Shown here piece after piece: positions 39,751-52,510 of a stretch of 64,000 nucleotides of DNA. The DNA comes from Eledone cirrhosa. Its lineage: Eukaryota. Positions within the stretch are counted from its first letter, which is position 1. The number at the start of each line of letters is the position of its first letter. The notes under the pieces were generated by a model. It was not told the origin of the DNA. It was given only the letters and a program-made list of their open reading frames with translations, and made no database searches. The DNA lies in assembly GCA_964016885.1 (NCBI GenBank), contig OZ024743.1:148738001-148802000 (forward strand), read 5' to 3'. Made by a program: the position numbers and the translations under genes.

Positions 39751-40833
39751 GTATATGTATATATATGCATATATGGATTTATATATATATATACACATAT
39801 ATATGTGTATATATATATATGTATATATATATATATACACACCTACATACATATATGTGAGGGTTTTATTTATTACTAAATATTTTGCATTTCTTTACTG
39901 CTGAAGAACAACGAAAACAAAACCAAGTGACAGCCTTCTGGAGTCGAATTGGATAAAAACAAAATTTCTTTGAATCAAAGTGAATTTGGAACTTGGAATC
40001 TTTTGTTTCCTTTCTTTTTTGACACTTTTTAACCAGAGATGGTCTAAGTTCAAAGGGAGCGATTAGCAATTTTTAAAAATTCGATTTGTAATAAGTAAGC
40101 AATTTTTGTATATTTTAATTAATTTATTTATTTTTTGTTTGAAGTGATGTGGGAAGTGGTGGTGGTGGTAGTAGTGGTGGTGATGTTTGTGATGTTGAGG
40201 TGTGTTAAGAGAAAATGGTCTCTTCGTGCAAAACTATTTGAAAATACATTTCCATAAATATATATGTTCACCTACACAAAACATAGACACACATAATATA
40301 TATATATAATGAATGAAAAAAAGAAAGAGCCATGCTCACACATTACTATTATAAGCTCTTTATATCAAGTAATACCTATGCTTGAAGCTTTTTTAAGTGA
40401 ATAAAAGCCTTGCACTGGACCAATGCTGCTCTCTAAACATCGGTGACAGGTATCCAAAAAGAAGTACAGGTCAACATTATTGGCTGCCAATAAGTTGTAG
40501 GTTTTATATCAGAGTTTGCCTTTGCTTAGTTTGACATGCTAACAAGAACTGGGGTGGTCTTTCAGTTCTGGTGGGCTCTTTCAGTTCTGGGGTCCTTCAG
40601 TTCATGTGCTCAGGCACCAAACCAAGTATTTCCATGTCCCCACACAAAATACATACATACACACACGTACACACATATATATTGTTATATTTGTGGACAG
40701 ACATGTTGCCAATAAGAAGAAATAGATGCATCATATGATTTTTCACTTTTTAATTTTATGAGTATTACTAGTTATTCGTTAGTTCAAGTTCATCAAAGTT
40801 TTTTCATCACACATTCTGTGACATCCTCAATAA

Positions 40834-41038
40834 CAGGCATGTCAAATATGCGGCCCATGGGCCACATACAACCCTTTACAAGCATGCCTGTGGCCTGCAG
40901 AAAGGTTTTTACAGCGCAAGCATGTTTTATCTTCATAAAATTAATTGTAATGTGCGCAATTAGTTGTTGTGTGTGGAGCTCAGACAACACATATGTCACT
41001 CGTGTGGCCCTTGGGGGACCCTCAGTTTGACATGCCTG
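40834..41038. mobile_element. hAT-type MITE (same family as 1824-2018, opposite orientation)
   Basis: TIRs CAGGCATGTCAAA / TTTGACATGCCTG and 8-bp TSD CTCAATAA (40826-40833, 41039-41046). Confidence 0.92.
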
Positions 41039-41654
41039 CTCAATAACAATCTGTTCTCTTTTGCACCTCCTCTTCCTTCCTATCTTAATTTGTTACTCCA
41101 TCTTGTCTTTTGTTTTGTGGTGTATTTTTTGTGATTCATGTCTATGCATATATTTGCACCTGTGCTTGTCTTTTATATATATACTAAACCAACCATGACC
41201 CAACGGGTCGCATTCACTTTAATATATTTTTTAAATCATGTACACATAGAAATAATTTTTAAATAATTAAAATATACAGACATGTGTATAATGTAAAATG
41301 AAATTGGAAGGCTCATATACATGTGTGTGTATATATATATATATTTATGTGTGTATACATATATATATATTTTTGTGTGTCTGTCACATATACACCAGTC
41401 ACAGACACACACACATATACACACTTACATACACACACATATATATATATACACACACACTTAGAAACCCTTACTATTTAGCAGGAAATATTTGCTACAC
41501 ACATCCTGTCCTAACACAATTTATGATACATATGACTTATATTCAGTCACCAAATTCGATCTAGATACAGTAATGCTATATTCTATTCTTTGAAGCCACC
41601 TGTTATAATTTCATTCAACAACACCACCAGCTCTCTCTCTCTCTCTTCCATTTT

Positions 41655-41734
<80 letters not shown>

Positions 41735-43207
41735 CTACTCTTTGACAACCACTATTTCTTTCTCTCTCTCTGTTTATGAATGTAATCAGAAAAACTCTGT
41801 ATCTCGAGAACCCATGCTCTGATTTACACGTGACTTGATTTATTTCCATTTGTATTCCCATTTTAGGGGCAACTTCCTATTAAATTACAGACAAGCACAC
41901 AATCACAGAGTTTTAGTAGTATATAAATAAATATATATATATTCAAAGTAGCGTCACACAGGAAAAAGACAATGGAAAAACACTGGAAACTACTACTGTT
42001 TCAGTAGATTAAGGTCTTTGCTGTTCATTCAAGTGCACATAACAAAACAGGTAGAGACAAGTTATGACTTAAGACAAATTACACAAATATAGACTGTTCA
42101 AAAGAGAAAGAATATATAGAAAGGACAAAATTAGTAAAACAGAAGAGAATAAGGACTGTATTCCAATGTGCAGATAATAAAAGCACATATACATACATTC
42201 ATACATACTACATAGATCTATATTTAAGCATTTTAATGTATGCAGGTATTTATTTACTTATCTATATATCACAACACTTCCAACAAACAAAAATGTTACT
42301 TTTCTAAACTTTGTATTAGTTCACCTACAATTTTTTTTTTAAATTCCCTTTGTCCTTAAAAAATAATAAATATCTAATTTTGTTTGACAATGCTTTATAT
42401 CCAAACCGAAGTTACCTTTCTATCGTGATGCTCATACACTTGCAAAACAATTCTTCTATAATTGTTAAACAAAAATCTGTTTAGCAGCCTACTTTTGTTC
42501 TTATCCTACATTAGAAATAAGTAAGGGAAATGTCACAGCAACCCTGTCAATCTTCAACAAATTTCTACTCAACTATCATCGTGAAGCAAAAAATATATTT
42601 GAAAACTTTTCAAAGTTTTATATATGACTTTATAACTTTAGAACATGTATGATCAACATTAACAGCAGTATTATCATCATAATTGTCATCACTATAACAA
42701 CAACAAAATTCAAGGTTTTTACTATCACCACTAGCTGAACCATTTCTATTATTATCAAACAGAATCTTCAATGCTGCTACAATAATCGTCAACAGCAGCA
42801 GGCCAAAAGTCTATTTGAAAATCCTTAAAGTTTTAAATCTTAAATTTTGATAAATATGAAAAAAATAATCTTCGCAGGGAAGTAGATCAAATTATCAGCT
42901 TTAAATATTTGACTTTCACAGATTGCCAGTTGTTCACAAACTTGCCTTTTACTTTTTAAATAAATTATTCTGAGCAAATGTACCTACATGACATTTGCAG
43001 TTTTTAAGAGAATGGCCAGAGAGAGAAAGGATGATGAAGAGGAATGTTCACATGATCTTTACAGACCATTGTGTTTTATAAGATAGTAAGAGAAGGAGGT
43101 CTATATCAGAGAGTGTTGAGATAGGGAAAGTAATATATTTAATATATTATATTTTCATACATGTTGTTCTAGATTGCATATAGTCATCTGTTTCTAAGTA
43201 TTACATT

Positions 43208-43568
43208 TATAGCGAGGGTTCTGGGTTGCATGAATGTAACAAAACGAGACATGGTTTGTGTGTATAATATTTAATTAACAATGGTAGATAGTATAGTTGA
43301 CATGTCAAAGAAATAGATGATAGAATGAAACAAAGTTAGTCGTTACCATTTTGATTGCCAGGCAAACGCGGCTGGCAGAGGACGCCTGGCTAAGGCCAGC
43401 CAGGCGCCGGAAGGCCAGCCAGGCGCCGGAAGGCCAAATGAGAGGCAGAGCCAAATGAGAGAGTGAGAACTTAAAGTTGTTAGTTTTATAGGGTTCTGAC
43501 CGGAAGTTACAGAAAGGGTTCTACTTCCCGTCTAGATGTTAATCCAAACAAGGGAGACAACCGCTACA
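43208..43568 (-). mobile_element. Solo LTR (Gypsy-like)
   Basis: Ends TATAGCG (decayed TGTAGCG) and CGCTACA, 4-bp TSD CATT, minus-strand TATAAAA and ATTAAA, and an internal ~20-bp GC-rich tandem duplication. Confidence 0.75.
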
Positions 43569-44508
43569 CATTAATCTGTGCCCTAAAGATATTTAAGAAT
43601 AGCAATAACCACAAGAACAACTACAACAATTCTAATACCATCCAGTTCTCACCATCACATTCTTTGTCTATATTTCAATTCCATGATTTATCGAACATCT
43701 TAAGATGGTAGCACAATAATAATAGGTTGCCAGCCACACATTCAACATTTCTTGCAGAACAAATTAGTCGCTATCAAGGAAGAGAACAATCAACAGAATA
43801 TTTGAAAAGTATGCTATTGAGTGACCCCAGAAAGATAAAAGGCTATGTTGACCATGTTGGGATTTGAACTCCAAAAACTTGATTCACTATCACATTACCT
43901 ATATTTAACTAACTTTACTATGTTATAATATTTAGTCAGATATTCCTAACTCAGATATTCAACCGTGACTAAATCAAAGTTGTAATTAACTGTCAATTAT
44001 GAAAGTATCAGATGTCAACAACATAGAATCATGAAGGTTGATTCAATCTGGTCAGATACATAGCAATCACTCTAGTATTGGTGTTACGATAAATTTCACT
44101 CAATATGGTTGCATTTGGAAGGCACTTCAGCCACAGAAACAATGCCAAACATGGATGGATACAGTTAAGGTGTAGTCCTCTAATATAACTAGAAGAGCAA
44201 AAACTCTGTATAAGTACTTACTAAGACTATGACAATTTATCTGGCCCGTGACAACAGGGAAAGTGGATGTATGATGATGATGATGACAAAGTAAAGACAA
44301 GATTTGATTGAATCAATACAAACCAACCTAAATTGGCAATTTAAAGAAAACACTTCCTTTACTATTCTGAATATCTAGTTTAAAATGTTTTGTATATGCA
44401 ACATATATATATGAATGTGCATACCCTAAAGAGATGTGCTTATACATACTATCAAGATAGTAAATGCATATCATTCCAGAGTGTGGGAAGATTATCAGGA
44501 AAAATAAT

Positions 44509-44695
44509 TGTTTCTACTTTTGGCACAAAGCCAGCAATTACCCAGTGTATTACTGGTACTTTATTTTATCGACCCCATAAGGATGAAAGGCAAAGTTAAC
44601 CTCAGCGGGATTTGAACTCAGAATGGCAAGGGCTGTAACTCTATGCGTAAAAGCATGGCGTCTGACCCTCTACCGATACTGCCAATCCACCGCCC
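44509..44695 (-). mobile_element. Meta-like SINE with 17-bp TSD
   Basis: TSD TTATCAGGAAAAATAAT (44492-44508, 44696-44712). Confidence 0.9.
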
Positions 44696-45488
44696 TTATC
44701 AGGAAAAATAATGTTATAAAAACAGGCATGCTTTCTTAATTGTAGTAACCTCTACAGATTGCTTAAAAGAAGTTACTGCAATTAAGAAAACATGGGTGGA
44801 TTTTATATTTGAAAAAAAAATTCTAATTAATAAAATACACTTTCTTTGAAAAGATTTGATAACAACAACAACCATATATCACTGTAAAATATATATATAT
44901 ATATACATATATATATAGAAATATAAAAAAGAATATATATCAATATTATCATTGGAGAGACAGTGTATATGTATCAATTAAACCTAAATTTATTTTATAT
45001 ATATATATATATATAAACTTTCATTTTAAAATGATAAAGTTCTTCTAAGTATTTAAATTGGTGAGTAAATATATACGTAATTTTGAAGTAACTGCTTTAA
45101 GATGTGTTATCAAAGCACATTGCGTTGTTCAAAATTAAACAATAGAATTACTTTAAACCATAAAAAGTAAAAAATAAATAAAAAGTAAGAAGAAATGAAG
45201 AGAAGGAAAGCGAGAATTTTACAATAAAAAGTGGATTTCCTTTTAACTTTTTAAAAAGTTTTTGTTAATTTAAGGAAGAATTTCAAAAACAGACTGTAGA
45301 AATAATGGACATTTTATCTATTTTTTCTAGACTTGTTTATTCCTAGACAACAAAATTTCACACAATATATAATTATTCTGTAATGAAAATGTTCTAATTG
45401 ATAAAGTGTATTTACATCATTAAACAACAGGACACACACATTTACATTGGGATTATATTTTCTTTTGTATGTTTGTTGTTGCTTGTAT

Positions 45489-45526
<38 letters not shown>

Positions 45527-46273
45527 AAATTTAGCTTCAGGCAAAACTGTGAACAAATTTTCAATTTGACTTTATTGTCATTTTGCATAGCCCCTCACCG
45601 ACCTTCTTAAAAGACATGTAGAATCCCTGCAACACAGCAAATGTTTAGCAAGATAAAAAAAATGGTAGTGAATACAATATGTTACTATTTCCTTAGACAA
45701 AATAGAGTTTGAAAATAAAGTTAGAATAAAGAATGAAAATAATTTTATTAGTTTCTATTGACAATACAAAAAGATGCAGGAAATTGGTGTTGTGAGGTTC
45801 ATTTTTCCTCCTTGGTTATTTATAGTGTAAGTGAAATAAAATTACTTAAAACATGAATCACAATAAGGTGTTGGTCACGATTTACTGGAAGCCTACCTTT
45901 TGTTCTAAATTGAAATATTGAAATAACATCATAAACGAACATTTTAAATAATACACTATTCACACACATATATATATATTCAAATAAATATACCCACATA
46001 TATTCTGATGTACATGTGTGAATATTTGTATAAATATTTAAGTTTCATTTCAAATTGTCATCTTTAAAAAAAATTTGGGCAAATTAATATTCTGTATATA
46101 TAGAACAGAGCTGCATCTCTTTGTCATCTGAATAGATACTTAAAAGCCAACCTACTCAAATTTGCAAGGAAGTATATCATCAACTTTGAATGAATTGACT
46201 ATTGTGTTTCTTATGTGAAAATCCAAACACACACACATATACTGAGGAAAATATATCTGTTCACATATATTAA

Positions 46274-46490
46274 CCCTTTAGTTTTTAAACCGGTCGTATC
46301 CGGCCAGAATTCTCTCACCTTTTTCTGTTCAAACCGGCCATAACCAGCTGCTCATACTGATGTTAAGGTATTGTTCTCAAAATAAATAATATCAAAATCT
46401 CATAGATTCGATATTATGTGAGATAATTATGTGAGGGGAAGCTTTACCATGACAATATAGTAAATATAGAGTAATATAAATGCTAAAGGG
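46274..46490. mobile_element. piggyBac-type MITE
   Basis: TTAA|CCCTTTAG...CTAAAGGG|TTAA. Confidence 0.75.
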
Positions 46491-46702
46491 TTAAGAGTTC
46501 ATGCAATTAATGTATGCACATCTTATGTACACTCATATTCAAAGAAAAAACACCTCAGTGTGTGAGTATGGGTGTCTATGTATGATCACCAGTGTATATG
46601 AACATATTGCACCAACTGGAAGAACTCCTCTTAACTTCACTTAGCACCATATATTTGATACTGCTCCAGTTATAATTTTATTTGTATTATTTTAATCATT
46701 TC

Positions 46703-46890
46703 TAGGGTGGTGGATTGGCAGTATCGGTAGAGGGTCGGACGCCGTGCTTTCCAGCATAGTTACGTCCCTTTACGATCTGAGTTCAAATCCTGCCGAGGTT
46801 GACTTTGCCTTTCATCCTTACGGGGTCGATAAAATAAAGTACCAGTAATGCACTGGGTAATTGCTGGCCTTGTGCCTAAAGTAGACACAA
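46703..46890 (+). mobile_element. Meta-like SINE with 16-bp TSD
   Basis: TSD TTATTTTAATCATTTC (46687-46702, 46891-46906). Confidence 0.9.
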
Positions 46891-47728
46891 TTATTTTAAT
46901 CATTTCATATGAAACAGTTACTAGATTTTAAGCACATCTAAGTACTTGTCAAATATGATGTTATCCACTGTGAGTAAGATTCCCTAAGATAATGAAAAGT
47001 TTAGACATCAAAGTTTCATTAGTTCAGCAAATTTTAATAGAATGGGTAAGGCAACACAAAGAAATATGTTCAGCAAATAAAGTTAGTTCACGACAAACTA
47101 GAATGCGAATACATACTGAAAAATGTATAGAATGAAATTTGCTGATGAAGAATGGTCAAAATTCAGTAGTGGTACCTACAGAAGACTGTGTACATTATAA
47201 AAATAATGAGTTTGTCAGAGAAAATGTTATGCAAAAGGTAAAGCTCTGAAATAAGGATTTACCTGTGACAAATTTGAGAATACAATGTTGACCACATGGA
47301 TTTAATAGGCAACTAAACAAATCTGTAACAACTATAAAAATAGTGAGAGATGCAGGCATGGCTGTGTGTTTAAGATGTTCACTTTGCAACCACATGACCT
47401 TCTGCAGAAGCATCAAGCCAACCAATGTCTTGTGAGAGAATTTAGTTCATGGGAACTGTAAGGAAGTGCTTCATAGGCATGTGTACATGTATATATATAA
47501 CTTTGATAGGTTTTGGCCAGTATTCGCCCAGGCCATGTCTAACTTAATAGCACCACCTATATATTAAAAATTCACAAAATTATTATTTAAAACACCACAA
47601 TCCAGAAGAATGGGAATAACATTTATTGCATAAATAATACCCTATTCACACACAAATATATTCAAATATATATCCCCACATAATCAAATTAATTGATTAC
47701 TCTAATGGAAACTGAATAATATAATAAT

Positions 47729-47760
<32 letters not shown>

Positions 47761-48090
47761 ATATATATATATTATTATATATTTCTCTCTCTTGATTTTT
47801 TCTCTCTGTCTGGTGGTTTGATATCTCTCTCTTGTTTTTCTCTGTTTTCTTTTTTTCTTTTTACTTTCTTCTTTTTCTTTATTTATCTCTCCCTTTCTTT
47901 CTCCACTTTTCTCTCTCTCGGTTTTTTTTCTCTCTCTCCGTCTTTTTTTCTCTCTCTCCGTCTTTTTCCTTCTCCTTAACACAACGACTTACTAAAATAA
48001 GCAAATCCACTATCCTTGATGTCTTCCAAAAGTAACGGTTGCATTTTGAAAGGGTACGTCAATGTTTATTTATAAAACTGGTTTATATTG

Positions 48091-48155
48091 TATTTTGTCT
48101 GATGAAAGCATACCATAATTTAACATGGTATCCTTGAAATATGTATAATAAAATA
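48091..48155 (+). ncRNA. Type-I hammerhead ribozyme motif with intact core
   Basis: TATTTTGT-CTGATGA-AAG C ATACCA [loop] TGGTAT C CTT-GAAAT ATGT ATA-ATAAAATA. Confidence 0.75.
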
Positions 48156-48215
48156 GATATGGTTTTATAAATATAGTTTCCATTTGTTAATATCGTATAT
48201 ATTATATATATATAT

Positions 48216-48553
48216 TCGAAGACCCCCTTCGGTCATGGATGACCATGTGATTTGCACCTAGAAAGTTTTCCTCCAAGGCACAAGTCCGGGCAAGGTTGCT
48301 TGTGGAAGACCAGCAGATACCCATGCATACCAATCTCCCTTCTCCATGCTACCAATGATGTCCAAGGAAAAGGCTATGGTTGATACAGCTTGGCACCACT
48401 GACGTCGCAACTCATTTCTACAGTTCAGTAAACTGGAGCAACGTGAAATAAAGTGTCTTGCTCAAGGACACAATGCATCACCCGGTCTGAGAATTGAACT
48501 CCCAACCTTTCGATTGCAAGCCCAATGTTCTAACCACTAAGCCATGTGCCTTC
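48216..48553 (-). mobile_element. CORE-type SINE with a third type of 3' tail
   Basis: Same tRNA head and CORE as 15495-15836, but the tail ends CATGACCGAAGGGGGTCTTCGA. Confidence 0.8.
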
Positions 48554-48562
48554 ATATATATA

Positions 48563-49600
48563 TCATGATCATCATTTAATGTCCATTTTCCATGCTAGCA
48601 TCAGTTAGATGGGTTCTCCCATTGTGAGATAAGCAAGGTTTTATTACCATGACTTTCTCATACAGGACTGGTTTTAATTTGATTTTTACAACTGGATGCC
48701 CTTCCTAACACCAGCCACATTTACAGTGTGTGCTGGGTGTTTTTTTTTGTGGCACCTTCATGACCACTTTATAGTGTGGGTGGGCACTTTTGTCATGACA
48801 CCTAGACGACCACTTTACAGTATGTGCTAGGTGCTGTGTCACCATTCTGACTGCTTTACAGAGAGGACTGGGGACTTTGGGATGGGGAGGTAGATCTACG
48901 GGCAGTGTTCAGGCATGGGTGTAGTGTTAGAACAAGGGAGGTGTTAGGTGGGCAGGAGAGTAGATAGGGGAGGTTGTTAGGGTGTAGGGGTGTATGGAAG
49001 GGGAAGGGGAATGTAGTGTGTTGCAAGATGTATGCTTGCTTCAACCTGTGCACATGGAAAGGTGAGTCTTCTGTAATCACAGAGATCTTGAGGTACAATT
49101 GTACCATGTCAACTTTTTATCACCTCACCCAAGTCTTCCTAGGTCTTCCTGCACCATATTTTCTATCAACCTTGAGCACCCTGCACCTAGCATGGAAGCT
49201 TCATTTCTTTCCAGTCTTAGTAGGTACTCTGCACACAGTGTCCAGGTCTCCCTGCCATGCAACATTGCTGTTTGTATACTTGCATAATACAAACTGCCCT
49301 TCATTTTGAGAGAAAAACATTTTGTGGCTAGCAGCAGTAGTAGCTCCCTGAACTTTCTCCCTCCTGTCTCACTCTAGCTACAGTAAGGTTTGGAACATGC
49401 TACTTTGGTCGCACAGGTAACGGAAACTATCAGCAACTTCTACCAAGCTCTCTCGGCATTTAAAGGAGTTAGTATCCTGCACCTGTGCAACAACCACATA
49501 CAAAACTTGCATTCTTTGCTAGCCTACTTGAGATCCCATCACACCTGGCAGCCATGGCCCACCTGGAAGTGATGACCTAAGTGAAGGGTTAAGTCTACCT
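48563..49600 (-). mobile_element. Old degenerate RTE LINE 3' portion
   Basis: 3'UTR subrepeats plus remnants of TAMLHGRETW. Confidence 0.65.
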
Positions 49601-49689
49601 CTCAATATATATGGGATGTCTTTGCATTTAACCCTGGTACAAAAAGTAGTCTACAATTTAATAATCAAGTAAAATTTTTCAACATTTAA

Positions 49690-50268
49690 TCTATATATAT
49701 AAAGTTGTAGTTCCTGTCTGTTTGTTTGGTTGTTTGTTTGTTCACGAACTCCTCCTCTGGTTTTGGAGATAGACCCCCATAACCATATATATTCTGAAAT
49801 TACATTGCCCAGGGTACTTGGATAAGTATATTTCATTTTAATCAAAGGGTTCTCCAGGGGCACAAAAATCCAGCTGAAAATTTTTTCCCTTCAATTTATA
49901 TGAAATTTAAACCATAGGTAAATGACAAGATATGATGCCTATTCACAAAAGTTTTGAATTGATATTTTGAAAAAAATTATTTACAAGAAACAAAATAAGA
50001 ATAAGATTTAATAATGTAAGTTTGATTTGATATATTACAAAATATAATTGTTTCTACTTTTGGCACAAGGCCAGCAATTACTGGTACTTTATTACATTAC
50101 TGGTACTATATTACAAAAAATAATGTTCTCCAATTTTTCATGCTTTACATTGAGTAATATTGAAATGCAGAGTTTTTCTCCATAAATTGCATCACTGATT
50201 TAAAATCAATCATCATTTTCTTACAAATAAAATTTGTGAAATGCAGCAAGGCACATGTAATTCGGCTA

Positions 50269-50269
<1 letters not shown>
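49690..50269 (+). mobile_element. Non-autonomous Helitron-like element
   Basis: 5' A|TCTATATATATAAAG...(GTTT)n and 3' CAAGGCAC...GGCTAG|T. The 3' end is partly repeated at 50328-50352. Confidence 0.6.
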
Positions 50270-50302
<33 letters not shown>

Positions 50303-50678
50303 CACTCCTTAAGTCTTGCCCTTCCCTCAGCAAGGCACGGGTAATTCGGCTAATCAAAATATAAAAATGTTGAACTTCAGCATGGTAACTTATAACTAAC
50401 TTGAAAATTATAAGATGGAGAAAAGTACTGCATGAAGTGAGCACACACACATACACAAATGTTTACACTATTTTTTTTATTTTTTGCTACTTTTACTCAT
50501 TAGACTGTAGTCATGCTGTAGTACTGCTTTGAAGTGATTCAGTCAATTATATTGACCGAAGTACTTATTTTTTCAGGTTTGCTATCTTTTGTCAGTCTCA
50601 TTTTTCAAACTGCAAATTTCTGGGACATAAATGAATAGGGAACACAAACATGGATAAACACACACACACACACACACG

Positions 50679-50713
<35 letters not shown>

Positions 50714-50715
<2 letters not shown>

Positions 50716-51461
50716 TGATCATCATCACCATTTTACGTCCATTCTTCCATGCTAGCATGGGTTAGACGGGTTGTCCTGTTGCAGGCAAGGTCAGGTCAGG
50801 TGACCATATCTTGCTCATACTGAACTGATTTGGCTTGATTTCTGTGGACTGGGTGATTTTTGTTGTGACACCTACATGTCCACTTTACATTGGGAGGGGT
50901 GTGGCATACTGTCTATATGCTTCAGCTTCCGCTTGTGCCCATGGGAAGTCAGGTCTTCTGTATCACTGCGAACGCCAGAATGCATGGTCCCATGTCATCG
51001 CCTTTGAGAGGTGCAATTGGGCAAGGTTGGCTTTTATCACCTCATCCCAGGTCTTCTTGGGTCTCTCGACTCCAAGGCTTCCATCAACTTTTAGTGTTCT
51101 GTACCTTTTTATGTAGCTGTCATCCTTCATACGCATCACATGTCCATACTGACACAACCTCCTCTCCTGCACACAGCATTTGATTCCTCTTATGCTTAGT
51201 CTCTCTCTCAATTCATTTATGCTCTGCCGTTTGCGTATATTACTATTACACACTCATCGGAGCATGCAGGCTTCATTTTTTCTAATCTACGCAAGTCTTC
51301 TACAGACAACGCCCAGGTCTCACTACCATGTAACATTGCTTTTTGTATGCATGCATCATACAGTCTGCCTTTCATGTTGAGGGAAAAACCTTTCGCAGCT
51401 GGCAGTGGTAGTAGCTCCCTGAACTTATTCCATTCTGTTCTTACCCTGGTTACTGTATTTT
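50714..51461 (-). mobile_element. RTE LINE 3' fragment
   Basis: ERRLCQYGHVMRM...RPKKTWDEVI plus 3' tail. Confidence 0.85.
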
Positions 51462-51615
51462 CAGGGTAAGAACGGGATGGAAGATATATGTAAATATATG
51501 TTTAGTATATTTGATAATATACTGTGTTTATTTCAAAACATTTTGAAGACCATCTGCTATGAGTTTTAAATTAGTGACTACACCACTTACTCTATTTTGG
51601 CAAAAGCAAAGGGAA

Positions 51616-51660
51616 GCAATCGATGGCCGTTTCTCACTCATTAGCAGTTGTCAAGATTAC
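51616..51660 (-). ncRNA. Type-I hammerhead motif, U3-A8 variant (decayed)
   Basis: RC reads GTAATC-TTGACAA-stem II-GAAAC GGCC ATC-GATTGC. The flanks are homologous to the 37150-37701 family. Confidence 0.55.
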
Positions 51661-51899
51661 ATATCCATTCGCTTCTGCCGAGAATTTTAGAAGCTGGATT
51701 CTTATAGAATTACAGTGATGTTTCCATTATATATATACACAAACACATATATAATGGGTTTCTACACTGTTTCATTCTACCAAATTTCCCTCACTAGGCA
51801 ATGGTCAACCTCCATGGCTATAATAGAAGGCATTTGTTTATGGTGATATGCAATAGGATTGAACCCGATATAATGTGGCTGTGAAGCAAACTCTGTAAT

Positions 51900-52152
51900 T
51901 ACACATATATGTATATACATATATATATATATACATATATATATACATATATATACACATATATATACATATATATATATATATACATACATATATATAT
52001 ACATATATATATATATACATACATATATATATACATATATATACACATATATATACACATATATATACACATATATATACATATATATATAAATATATAT
52101 ATATACATATATGTATACATATATATATACACATATATATACATATATATAC

Positions 52153-52219
<67 letters not shown>

Positions 52220-52238
52220 TATATACATATATATATAC

Positions 52239-52303
<65 letters not shown>

Positions 52304-52318
52304 TACATATATATATAT

Positions 52319-52363
<45 letters not shown>

Positions 52364-52392
52364 TACATAATTATATACATATATATATATAC

Positions 52393-52481
<89 letters not shown>

Positions 52482-52510
52482 ATTATACATATATACATAT
52501 ATATATACAT
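51900..52510. repeat. Long (TA)n/(TACA) microsatellite
   Basis: Direct inspection. Confidence 0.97.

Noticed and set aside
39866-40069. 67-aa minus-strand ORF (and similarly 42610-42792)
   Set aside because: No domain recognised, and the length is within chance expectation.
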